A DNA stretch of 64,000 nt, from positions 239,382,001 to 239,446,000 of the forward strand of contig OZ024743.1 of NCBI GenBank assembly GCA_964016885.1, read 5' to 3'. Positions 17,085 to 31,034 of the stretch are shown piece after piece. Both the position numbers and the translations under genes were made by a program. The notes beneath the pieces were generated by a model that was given only the letters and a program-made list of their open reading frames with translations, ran no database searches and had not been told where the DNA came from. Within the stretch, counting starts at the first letter, position 1. Every line of letters starts with the position of its first letter. This DNA comes from Eledone cirrhosa. Taxonomy: Eukaryota.

Positions 17085-20000
17085 TTGTCAGTGGTGGTGG
17101 TGGTGGTGGTGATAGTGTTGATGTAATGGTGTTCTCAGTGGCTGTGGGGTTGATGTAAGGGTGTTGTCAGTGGTGGGGGTGGTGTTCATGTGATGGTATT
17201 GTCGGTGGTGATGGCGGTGTTGATGTAATGGTATTGTCAGTGGTGGTAGTGGCGGGGTTGCAGTGATGATATTGTCAGTGGTGGTGATAGTGTTGCTTTG
17301 ATGGTATTGTCAGTGGTGATGGCGGTGTTGCAGTGATGAATTTGTCGGTGGTGGTGGTGGTGGTGTTGCTTTGATGATATTGTCAGTGGTGGTGGCGGTG
17401 TTGCAGTGATGGTTTTGTCGGTGGTGGTGGTGGTGTTGCTTTGATGGTATTGTCAGTGGTGATGGCGGTGTTGCAGTGATGGATTTGTCGGTGGTGGTGG
17501 TGGTGGTGGTGGTGGTGTTGCTTTGATGGTATTGTCAGTGGTGATGGCGGAGTTGCAGTGATGGTTTTGTCTGGTGGTGGTGGTGGTGTTGCTTTGATGG
17601 TATTGTCAGTGGTGGTGGCTGTGTTGCAGTGATGGTATTGTCAGTGGTGGTGGTGTTGCAGTGATGGTATTGTCAGTGGTGGTGGCGGTGTTGCAGTGAT
17701 GGTATTGTCAGTGGTGTTGGTGGTGTTGCTTTGATGGTATTGTCAGTGGTGGTGGTGGTGTTACAGTGATGGTATTGTCAGTGGTGGTGGTGGTGTTGCA
17801 GTGATGGTATTGTCAGTGGTGGTGTTGGTGTTGCAGTGATGGTATTGTCAGTGGTGGTGGCGGTGTTGCAGTGATGGATTTGTAAGTGGTGGTGGTGGTG
17901 GTGTTGCAGTGATGGTATTATCAGTGGTGGTGGTGGTGTTGCTGTGATGGTTTTGTCAGTGGTGGTGGTAGTGGTGGTGTTGCAGTGATGGTATTGTCAG
18001 TGGTGGTGGCGGTGTTGCAGTGATGGTTTTGTCAGTGGTGGTAGTGGTAGTGTTGCTTTGATGGTATTGTCAGTGGTGGTGGTGGTGGTGTTGCAGTGAT
18101 GGTTTTGTCAGTGGTGGTGGTGGTGTTGCAGTGATGGTATTGTCAGTGGTGGTAGTGTTAGTGTTGCTTTGATGGTTTTGTCAGTGGTGGTGGTGGTGTT
18201 GCAGTGATGGTATTGTCAGTGGTGGTGGCGGTGTTGCAGTGATGGTTTTGTCAGTGGTGGTGGTGGTGTTGCTTTCATGGTTTTGTCAGTGGAGGTGGTG
18301 GTGGTGTTGCAGTGATGGTTTTGTCAGTGGTGGTGGTGGTGTTGCAGTGATGGTATTGTCAGTGGTGGTGGCGGTGTTGCAGTGATGGTTTTGTCAGTGG
18401 TGGTGGTGGTGTTGCTTTGATGGTTTTGTCAGTGGAGGTGGTGGTGGTGTTGCAGTGATGGTTTTGTCAGTGGTGGTGGTGGTGTTGCAGTGATGGTATT
18501 GTCAGTGGTGGTGGCGGTGTTGCAGTGATGGTTTTGTCAGTGGTGGTGGTGGTATTGCTTTGATGGTTTTGTCAGTGGAGGTGGTGGTGGTGTTGCTTTG
18601 ATGGTTTTGTAAGTGGAGGTGGTGGTGGTGTTGCAGTGATGGTTTTGTCAGTGGTGGTGGTGGTGGTGTTGCAGTGATGGTATTGTCAGTGGAGGTGGTG
18701 GTGGTGTTGCAGTGATGGTTTTGTCAGTGGTGGTGGTGGTGTTGCAGTGATGGTATTGTCAGTGGAGGTGGTGGTGGTGTTGCAGTGATGGTTTTGTCAG
18801 TGGTGGTGGTGGTGTTGCAGTGATGGTATTGTCAGTGGTGGTGGCGGTGTTGCAGTGATGGTTTTGTCAGTGGTGGTGGTGGTGTTGCTTTGATGGTTTT
18901 GTCAGTGGAGGTGGTGGTGGTGTTGCAGTGATGGTTTTGTCAGTGGTGGTGGTGGTGTTGCAGTGATGGTATTGTCAGTGGTGGTGGCGGTGTTGCAGTG
19001 ATGGTTTTGTCAGTGGTGGTGGTGGTGTTGCTTTGATGGTTTTGTCAGTGGAGGTGGTGGTGGTGTTGCAGTGATGGTTTTGTCAGTGGTGGTGGTGGTG
19101 TTGCAGTGATGGTATTGTCAGTGGTGGTGGCGGTGTTGCAGTGATGGTTTTGTCAGTGGTGGTGGTGGTGTTGCTTTGATGGTTTTTTCAGTGGAGGTGG
19201 TGGTGGTGTTGCTTTGATGGTTTTGTAAGTGGAGGTGGTGGTGGTGTTGCAGTGATGGTTTTGTCAGTGGTGGTGGTGGTGTTGCAGTGATGGTATTGTC
19301 AGTGGTGGTGGCGGTGTTGCAGTGATGGTTTTGTCAGTGGTGGTGGTGGTGTTGCTTTGATGGTTTTGTCAGTGGAGGTGGTGGCGGTGTTGCTTTGATG
19401 GTTTTGTCAGTGGAGGTGGTGGTGGTGTTGCTTTGATGGTTTTGTAAGTGGAGGTGGTGGTGGTGTTGCAGTGATGGTTTTGTCAGTGGAGGTGGTGGTG
19501 GTGTTGCAGTGATGGTTTTGTCAGTGGTGGTGGTGGTGGTGTTGCAGTGATGGTTTTGTCAGTGGTGGTGGTGGTGTTGCAGTGATGGTATTGTCAGTGG
19601 AGGTGGTGGTGGTGTTGCAGTGATGGTTTTGTCAGTGGTGGTGGTGGTGTTGCAGTGATGGTATTGTCAGTGGTGGTGGCGGTGTTGCAGTGATGGCATT
19701 GTCAGTGGTGGTGGCGGTGTTGCAGTGATGGTATTGTCAGTGGTGGTGGTGGTGTTGCTTTGATGGTATTGTCAGTGGTGGTGGTGGTGTTGCTTTGATG
19801 GTTTTGTCAGTGGTGGTGGTGGTGTTGCAGTGATGGTATTGTCAGTGGAGGTGGTGGTGGTGTTGCAGTGATGGTTTTGTCAGTGGTGGTGGTGGTGTTG
19901 CAGTGATGGCACTGTCAGTGGTGGTGGCGGTGTTGCAGTGATGGTTTTGTCAGTGGTGGTGGTGGTGTTGCTTTGATGGTTTTGTCAGTGGAGGTGGTGG

Positions 20001-23000
20001 TGGTGTTGCAGTGATGGCATTGTCAGTGGTGGTGGCGGTGTTGCAGTGATGGTATTGTCAGTGGTGGTGGCGGTGTTGCAGTGATGGTATTGTCAGTGGT
20101 GGTGGTGGTGTTGCAGTGATGGTATTGTCAGTGGTGGTGGCGGTGTTGCAGTGATGGTATTGTCAGTGGTGGTGGCGGTGTTGCAGTGATGGTATTGTCA
20201 GTGGTGGTGGTGGTAGTGTTGCTTTGATGGTATTGTCAGTGGTGGTGGTGGTGTTGTTGCAGTGATGGTATTGTCAGTGGTGGTAGTGTTAGTGTTGCTT
20301 TGATGGTATTGTCAGTGGTGGTGGTGGTGTTGCAGTGATGGTATTGTCAGTGGTGGTGGTGGCGGTGTTGCAGTGATGGTATTGTCAGTGGTGGTGGCGG
20401 TGTTGCAGTGATGGTATTGTCAGTGGTGGTGGTGGTGTTGCAGTGATGGTATTGTCAGTGGTGGTGGCGGTGTTGCAGTGATGGTATTGTCAGTGGTGGT
20501 GGTGGTGGTGTTGCAGTGATGGTATTGTCAGTGGTGGTGGTGGTGGTGTTGCAGTGATGGTATTGTCAGTGGTGGTGGTGGCGGTGTTGCAGTGATGGTA
20601 TTGTCAGTGGTGGTGGCGGTGTTGCAGTGATGGTATTGTCAGTGGTGGTAGTGGCGGTGTTGCAGTGATGGTATTGTCAGTGGTGGTGGCGGTGTTGCAG
20701 TGATGGTATTGTCAGTGGTGGTGGTGGCGGTGTTGCAGTGATGGTATTGTCAGTGGTGGTGGTGGTGTTGCAGTGATGGTATTGTCAGTGGTGGTAGTGG
20801 CGGTGTTGCTTTGATGGTATTGTCAGTGGTGGTGGTGGTGTTGCAGTGATGGTATTGTCAGTGGTGGTGGCGGTGTTGCAGTGATGGTATTGTCAGTGGT
20901 GGTGGCGGTGTTGCAGTGATGGTATTGTCAGTGGTGGTAGTGTTAGTGTTGCAGTGATGGTATTGTCAGTGGTGGTAGTGGTGGTGTTGCAGTGATGGTA
21001 TTGTCAGTGGTGGTAGTGGCGGTGTTGCAGTGATGGTATTGTCATTGGTGGTGGCGGTGTTGCAGTGATGGTATTGTCAGTGGTGGTGGCGGTGTTGCAG
21101 TGATGGTATTGTCAGTGGTGGTAGTGTTAGTGTTGCAGTGATGGTATTGTCAGTGGTGGTAGTGGCGGTGTTGCAGTGATGGTATTGTCAGTGGTGGTAG
21201 TGTTAGTGTTGCTTTGATGGTATTGTCAGTGGTGGTGGCGGTGTTGCAGTGATGGTATTGTCAGTGGTGGTGGCGGTGTTGCAGTGATGGTATTGTCAGT
21301 GGTGGTGGCGGTGTTGCAGTGATGGTATTGTCAGTGGTGGTGGCGGTGTTGCAGTGATGGTATTGTCAGTGGTGGTAGTGGCGGTGTTGCAGTGATGGTA
21401 TTGTCAGTGGTGGTGGTGGCGGTGTTGCAGTGATGGTATTGTCAGTGGTGGTAGTGGCGGTGTTGCTTTGATGGTATTGTCAGTGGTGGTGGCGGTGTTG
21501 CAGTGATGGTATTGTCAGTGGTGGTGGCGGTGTTGCAGTGATGGTATTGTCAGTGGTGGTAGTGGCGGTGTTGCTTTGATGGTATTGTCAGTGGTGGTGG
21601 CGGTGTTGCAGTGATGGTATTGTCAGTGGTGGTGGCGGTGTTGCAGTGATGGTATTGTCAGTGGTGGTAGTGGCGGTGTTGCTTTGATGGTATTGTCAGT
21701 GGTGGTGGCGGTGTTGCAGTGATGGTATTGTCAGTGGTGGTGGTGGCGGTGTTGCAGTGATGGTATTGTCAGTGGTGGTGGTGGCGGTGTTGCAGTGATG
21801 GTATTGTCAGTGGTGGTGGTGGCGGTGTTGCAGTGATGGTATTGTCAGTGGTGGTGGTGGGGGTGTTGCAGTGATGGTATTGTCAGTGGTGGTGGTGGCG
21901 GTGTTGCAGTGATGGTATTGTCAGTGGTGGTAGTGGCGGTGTTGCTTTGATGGTATTGTCAGTGGTGGTGGCGGTGTTGCAGTGATGGTATTGTCAGTGG
22001 TGGTGGTGGCGGTGTTGCAGTGATGGTATTGTCAGTGGTGGTGGCGGTGTTGCAGTGATGGTATTGTCAGTGGTGGTGGTGGCGGTGTTGCAGTGATGGT
22101 ATTGTCAGTGGTGGTGGTGGCGGTGTTGCAGTGATGGTATTGTCAGTGGTGGTGGTGGCGGTGTTGCAGTGATGGTATTGTCAGTGGTGGTAGTGGCGGT
22201 GTTGCTTTGATGGTATTGTCAGTGGTGGTGGCGGTGTTGCAGTGATTGTATTGTCAGTGGTGGTAGTGGCGGTGTTGCAGTGATGGTATTGTCAGTGGTG
22301 GTGGCGGTGTTGCAGTGATGGTATTGTCAGTGGTGGTAGTGGTGGTGTTGCAGTGATGGTATTGTCAGTGGTGGTAGTGGTGGTGTTGCAGTGATGGTTT
22401 TGTCAGTGGAGGTGGTGGTGGTGTTGCAGTGATGGTTTTGTCAGTGGTGGTGGTGGTGTTGCAGTGATGGTATTGTCAGTGGTGGTGGCGGTGTTGCAGT
22501 GATGGTATTGTCAGTGGTGGTGGCGGTGTTGCAGTGATGGTATTGTCAGTGGTGGTGGTGACGGTGTTGCAGTGATGGTATTGTCAGTGGTGGTAGTGGC
22601 GGTGTTGCAGTGATGGTATTGTCAGTGGTGGTGGTGTTGTTGCAGTGATGGTATTGTCAGTGGTGGTGGCGGTGTTGCAGTGATGGTTTTGTCAGTGGTG
22701 GTAGTGGCGGTGTTGCAGTGATGGTATTGTCAGTGGTGGTGGTGTTGTTGCAGTGATGGTATTGTCAGTGGTGGTGACGGTGTTGCAGTGATGGTTTTGT
22801 CAGTGGTGGTAGTGGCGGTGTTGCAGTGATGGTATTGTCAGTGGTGGTGGTGTTGTTGCAGTGATGGTATTGTCAGTGGTGGTGGCGGTGTTGCAGTGAT
22901 GGTATTGTCAGTGGTGGTGACGGTGTTGCAGTGATGGTATTGTCATTGGTGGTAGTGGCGGTGTTGCAGTGATGGTATTGTCAGTGGTGGTGACGGTGTT

Positions 23001-23420
23001 GCAGTGATGGTATTGTCATTGGTGGTAGTGGCGGTGTTGCAGTGATGGTATTGTCAGTGGTGGTAGTGTTGCAGTGATGGTATTGTCAGTGGTGGTAGTG
23101 TTAGTGTTGCAGTGATGGTATTGTCAGTGGTGGTAGTGTTAGTGTTGCAGTGATGGTATTGTCAGTGGTGGTGGTGACGGTGTTGCAGTGATGGTATTGT
23201 CAGTGGTGGTAGTGGCGGAGTTGCAGTGATGGTATTGTCAGTGGTGGTGGTGTGGTTGTTATGATACTGTCACAGGCGGTGGTGGTGTTGCTGGTATGGT
23301 ATTCTCACCGGTAGTGGTAGTGGTGTTGATGTGATGGTATTGTTAGTGGTGGTGGTGGCGCCATTGATGTGATGTTGTTGTCAGTGGCGGTGGTGGTGTT
23401 GATGGTGTTGACGGCGGCGA
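17085..23420. repeat. 6.3-kb GT-rich minisatellite with 35/38-bp unit GTGGTGGTGGCGGTGTTGCAGTGATGGTATTGTCA
   Basis: Directly visible. Unit length varies in 3-bp GTG steps and the edges are degenerate. Confidence 0.95.
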
Positions 23421-23934
23421 GGTGTATTTGATTTTGTTTATCTATTTTTCCGAAATACTACTATCTCCCGAATTTTGCAATTACAGTTCTAAGAAACTAT
23501 TTAAGAATTTAAAAGGATAGTGGATAAACTGGAGCTACTGTTATCTAGTTATAATAAAAATGGAATAATGCCACACATTCACAGAGACATATACATACAC
23601 ATATATATGCATATATGCATGTATGTATATATATATATATATATATATGCTCGTATATATATATATATATATATATACACATGTACGTATATTTATATAT
23701 ATATATATATGCATGCACACGCACACACATATATATATGTATCTATATATGTATATATATCATATAAATATATATATATATACATATTTATGTACGTGTG
23801 TGCATGTATATTTTTATGCATATTTATATATAGTATATATAATATATCTCTCTGTACATAGGCATACCTCACCCATATATATGTATATACATATAATGTG
23901 TGTATATAGCGTATATATATATATATATTCATAA

Positions 23935-24010
<76 letters not shown>

Positions 24011-24178
24011 GTGAGTGTGTGTGTGTGAGGAGATAAACCTCTTAGAATGAATTGTGTACAAACAGGTGCTGTTTGTAAAGATAGCAATGAAGGATTAAAA
24101 AGAAACACAAATAATACACAAAACCGAAACATATTCCCAACTGGTATTTGCTAGAAAAGAATGTTTGTTTACATTCAC

Positions 24179-24214
<36 letters not shown>

Positions 24215-24248
24215 GTATATATATATGTATATATATACACACACACAC

Positions 24249-24330
<82 letters not shown>

Positions 24331-24661
24331 ATATATATTTATATACATATATATAAAGAGAGAGAGGGAGAGAGAGAAATAGATAGATAAATAGATAGAT
24401 GATATATGTATGTATATGGAGCAATAGCCGTAAGGGCGAAAAAGGAAAAAGGAGAACAGTGCTCATCCGGGAAGAGAGGTGAAATATTATATTATTTATT
24501 TATGTTCATACATAGAACAAAAGCGCTACCTAAAGACCAAGCTCCTGGTTATTAGGTCAGCATTTTGATCCCTGCTAGATTCTGGTGACATGGTCAATAC
24601 TGGGTCATGAAACCTTCGGTAACACTGTTGTACCGAGTATGAACATAAATTGTTAATATAT

Positions 24662-24711
<50 letters not shown>

Positions 24712-24840
24712 ATATCTTAATGCTTACCTGTGTTTTCTCTTTTATATATATATATATATATCAATGATATTATACTTCAGAAAATCTCTCGAGTGCTTCG
24801 AATCTGTTATAAATATATTTGTTGAATTACCAACAAATTA

Positions 24841-25231
24841 AGAGGTTTTCTGGAGTATAATATTAATGATATTAATAAATGGAAACTATATTTATAAAAC
24901 CATATTTATTCTATTATATATATTTCAAGGGTACTAAAATTTGGTACGCTTCCATCAGATAAAATTCAAAGTTTGTTTTATAAATAGTGACATAGCCAGG
25001 AATCAGACCTTAACGGTTCAAGTTCCGTTTGGATACTTCCGAACGGAACTTGTACCGCTAAGGTCTGATTCCTGGATATGTCAATATTTATAAAACAAAC
25101 TTTGTATTTTACCTGATGAGCGCGTACCAAAGTTTTGGTACCCTTGAAATATATATAATAGAATAAATATGGTTTTATAAACATAGTTTCCATTTATTAA
25201 TATCGTTGATATTATACTCCAGAAAACCTCT
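24841..25231. repeat. 390-bp imperfect palindrome carrying two opposed family-B hammerheads (24907-24965 minus; 25105-25165 plus)
   Basis: Arms AGAGGTTTTCTGGAGTATAA... and ...TTATACTCCAGAAAACCTCT, centre GGA-TACT-TCC at about 25036. Cores CTGATGG (minus) and CTGATGA (plus), each followed by GTAC...GTACCCTT-GAAA-TATATATA. Confidence 0.85.
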
Positions 25232-25481
25232 CAAGTGCTTCGAATCTGTTATAAATATATTTGTTGAATTACCAACAAATTAAATATCTCTTTGCTTATA
25301 TATATATATATACGGCAACACTCATCGTTTTCCATTTCCTCGAGGGTTATAAACCACTCTATCAGGCTAAACAGTTCATTAGTCTAAAATACGGTGAAAC
25401 CTTATACTTTCTAATTTCTAATTTCAAACTCGCGCACCGTTTCAAAAACATACTTTCATGTTTACGTTTATAATTTACTAT

Positions 25482-25692
<211 letters not shown>

Positions 25693-26484
25693 TTCCCCAC
25701 TCTACTACCCCAAGTATCGAGTACTCTGGTGCATTATGGTCCACCTAGTATCTTATCACACCCTCTTTGATATATATATATATATATATATAAAAATGTT
25801 AGTACAGCATTGACGAAGCTTTAGTATACGGCCAAGCTAGCGTGTATGCATAATCGGTTTGTATCTTTAGCACTCAGATGAGGTAAGACCCCAGAGTAAT
25901 AACATTACGTTCAGACAGTATATAGGTGCAATGGTGTTTCTGTACGTTTTCATCAGATAAAATATATAAGAGATTGGTTATACTACATACCCCTAAGGAC
26001 GTGAACCTTCAATCCCATGGATTGAAGGTAGTTATCAATCTAACAAGCCAGCTGGTCTTCTTAATTATCTTTTGTTTGGCACTGTCGATAAGTGTCTCTG
26101 TTTATCTGTCTCCATATATCAATATCTATCTATTGAGATATCTACTATTTTCATTTCAGCTCTTTATACGTTTTCCTTATACAAACCTATTCAACAATTA
26201 AATACACTTCACCTAGGCCAAACTATACCGACAGAAACACAATCATCTGATTAAATATATATAAATTTATCCCCAACCAAATATTCGAGGACTTAAAGGA
26301 CAAACGTTAGACCTCAATCGCTTTCTGGTTTCTGACGTGTTGAGGCTACCACATACGTTAGTGCCATATACACAGTAGAGCACTAAATACCTAATCTTAT
26401 CAACGGGAAAGACTTTTGGAGTACACCTTTAAGAGGAATGTTACACAACACACATACACGCGCACACACACACATACTCGCACA

Positions 26485-26537
<53 letters not shown>

Positions 26538-26670
26538 GTGGACTAACTTTTATTTTCTCTATCTATCTAAGTCCAACACGTTGAACTTTCCTTCCCCTTT
26601 TCCATATAAAGCGTGAAACTAATAAGACTTTTTGTACTTCTGTTTGTTGTTTCTTTGAATTACACACGCA

Positions 26671-26763
<93 letters not shown>

Positions 26764-27727
26764 TCAGTATGTTATTTTAAGGCTACAACAATGCAAAATG
26801 GACGATAGATTTCGGAATAAATTGAAGGCAACAAAGAGGTTGGTGCGTCAGGTGTTATTTTATTTAAGGGTCCTAATATTTCTTATTTAAAACCCTTCGT
26901 CAAAAGACTATAATAAGAAACTGTCGGAGTTCGTTGTACTGCTGTCGTTACCGGTTCACCATTTATTCTACCAATGTTTGTAAGCGGCGGTCTATTTATA
27001 TACCACATTCTTACATATATATGAAGGCGGGGAATTGGTAGTGACTGATACAATGGAGGCATACGTTCCGGCTGACAGCGCTGTGAGTTCAAATAGCACT
27101 GACGTCAACTATGTTTTTCGTCGTTTCGAGGTCAATAAAAATGTACCAGTCTAGTACTGAGGTCGATACTTCTTATATACTTATATATCTCTTTCTCTTT
27201 TCCTCTCTATCACGCACACACATATACATATGTATATATACAAGCCCCCCCCCCCAAAAAAAAATGTATACAGACTTTGATAAAATGCTGTTGAAGTGTG
27301 TATACATTTTTGGGACATCCTCTATGAATATACAAGCACATATGTTTCGTTGTGTTAAGCACACCAACTCGTTCAGCTTGTTATATCATAATTATTTCTA
27401 CTTTTCGCACAAGGCCAGCAATAATTCCAGTGCATTACTGGTACTTTATTTTATCGACGCCATAAGGATGAAAGGCAAAGTTAACCTCGAGAGAGGAGTG
27501 CGGGATTGTGTCCTGAATATATTGTTTTATCGCGTTAATAAAATAAATTGTATTACTTTGAATAGATAATAAATGATTATTACATAATTTATGTACTAAA
27601 TTTCGTAACTCTTGATTAAGTATGAATGATTTTATTACTTATTTCAAGATTCACTTATATGGATATAATGGACGCTATATCATATCGCTTATTCTAAACG
27701 TTCATAATATTGCATCGTTATATGAAC

Positions 27728-28539
<812 letters not shown>

Positions 28540-28959
28540 ATGATATTTCATTACATGTAATGCCACTTGGATTTCATCGATATCCCACGAGTCACCACTA
28601 TTTTCTCCCTGCACCACATCTTTCTCTCTTCAATTCTTTCTGTTCTAGTCTCGTGTGTTCTTTCCTCTTATCTCTTCTATTTTCTCTGAAATATCGCCTT
28701 TTCCTTTACTTATTCTATCGTCTGATAAAGGACAAAAATATCCGAAATGTTACGAATCTCATCAAACTATATCCATCATTAAACAGATATCATCGTTTCC
28801 TACTTTTTTTCCCTTGGATATTTTTACATATGAGGAAAAGTTTCCAAGGTCCAAAGTGCACATTCTGTATGTATGTATGTATGTATGTATGTATGTTCTT
28901 CTGGTTTTATAATTTCACAAATGTTTACCAATAGAGAGAGAGTCGGTTTCTAATATAGA

Positions 28960-30320
28960 CACAACACTCTCTCATTGGAATTTACACAACATCAACTAGG
29001 TAGGTTATGTCTGCATGTGTAGATATGGATGTTATTGTATGTGTGGGTGTGGATGTGTTGAGTTGTATGTGTACATGTGTATATGCAGTTATTAAATGCA
29101 AAATTTTTGGAAAATTTTACATATTTTTACTGTTCCATTAATGGATTATACTTGTAATTTCCTAACTTGTGTTCTTTCTGTTCCTGTGAAGCCTAGCTTC
29201 TCAAGATTTGTATTGAGGCAGTTACTAACATACCCCAGTGCCCCAATAATCACAGGCATAAATCTGAAGGTGTAATCAGGATGGAGTATCTGCAGATTTC
29301 TCATCAGTTCTGCATAAATATTCTCCTTTTCGCTAATATTTGATATTATATTGGCATCTGTTGGGCAGCTAATTTCCACTACTGTGCATGCTTTCTTCTC
29401 CCTGTCCGATATCATATCTGGTCTGTTATGCCTGCATTTTATTGGGATTTTTACTGGAATGTTCCACCAGCACTCTTTCATATTATGTACATGCATGTCT
29501 TCCACATTGCTGTAGCTTTTAATGTGTTTATTATCGAGGCTATCTTTTTAACGAACTGTATTGTACAGTGTTTTGACCACTACATCATGCCTCATAGGTA
29601 GATAGTACCGCGATGACATCTTTGGACAGCTGCTGATGACATGAGTGATATCCTCGATGTTAGTTCTTCAGAGTCTGCAGTTATTATCACATCTAGGTGT
29701 TATGCCTGCATCTCTATCTCTTTTGTGAATCAGGTATTTCGTGTTAATCTCCCGTACTTGGATTGCAAAAGCGTATCCTACAAGGTGGGAGCCAATATAG
29801 CGGTTGTTGGTCCAAGATAGACTACTTTCCTTATCTATATTACTCTCACTCTGGAGCTTCCTGGCAACATATCTATGCATGATTTTTTGCTGATAAGCAT
29901 GCAGTTTTTCATCCATGGATTCACTGCGATACTGCTGAGCGACTTCTCTGGGTATGAGTTTTTGATTATCACACAGGGAATATCTCTTGAGGAGTTGCTT
30001 CCCAACTCTCATGATCTTATCTGTTTCATGCAGATATACTTGCTCAAGAAACGGGCTTTTACGCTTCGAGGTTCGTAGATGTTGTCGGAGAGATATGATG
30101 CGACATTCAAATGTTGTCTGGACTGATGTTAGGCGTCTGCCTCCCTGCTTACGTTTCAAGTAAAGGCGGTCTATGTCACTGTTGATGTGGAAGTTTCCGG
30201 TGTTGTTTAGTATTTTTCGAGTTCCAACATCAACTGCTAGGATTTCGTCGATCGTTCAATTGAGTATTCCTAATGTTGGTGTTAGGACAGGCACAGCAAA
30301 CACATTGTGAGCCACTGAGG
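28960..30320 (-). mobile_element. RLE-type (R4/Dong/NeSL-like) non-LTR retrotransposon 3' remnant
   Basis: ORF 29668-30159 (RKQGGR, FAIQ, CRL zinc-knuckle start) and ORF 29146-29505 (HNRPDMI, VVEISCP, KENIY, PVIIGALG), a restriction-like endonuclease signature. Confidence 0.8.
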
Positions 30321-30955
30321 TAGACTCGGATGGTACACGTGGTGTCAAATTTCTTCGATTATTATTATTATTTCTTCGATTATTATTATTATCGATAGTG
30401 TTTTCCCCAGCATTCGAGGTAGACTTAGATGGTACAGGTGGTGTCAAGTTTCTTACAGGCTTAGTTGTTTCAAGGCGCTGTTTGACCTGGCTCGCATATT
30501 TCTGTAGCACGTGTTGTTGATAACATGTTTGTTGTGAGGGACTTACAATTAATAATATTTAAAACTTTCCAAAGTCCAAAGTGCAGATTATGTATGTATG
30601 TATGTATGTATGTATGTATGTACGTATGTATGTATGTATGTATGTATGTATGTATGTATGTATGTATGTATGTATGTATGTATGTCAGGGTATTCTTCTA
30701 GGTATGTATGTATGTATGTATGTATGTATGTTAGGGTATTCTTCTAGGAGAAGGCATCTCAGGAAACTGGGTTAACTCCGATATAAAACCTGCGGCTCAG
30801 TAGTTACCGATGATGTTGATCTTTTCTTCTTTTCGGGTTATAGCTACTGTCGCTCAGAGAGTGGGATTGGCTCAGTGCACAGTCTTTCCTCACTTTAAAA
30901 ATATTCGTCACGCACAGGCATTGCACGAGTGCATTAATAATTATTAATAGTGTAC

Positions 30956-30997
<42 letters not shown>

Positions 30998-31034
30998 TAT
31001 TATTACTTTTTTTTTTTTTTTTTTTTCCAATTCA

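Noticed and set aside
17085-23420. Mucin-like Thr/Pro-rich CDS on the minus strand (TTTDNTITATPP)
   Set aside because: The 35/38-bp unit shifts frame every repeat and hits TGA about every third unit; no long ORF.
25905-25962. CTGATGA...GAAACA on the minus strand as an HHR
   Set aside because: No stem II and poor stem I; at best a decayed relic.
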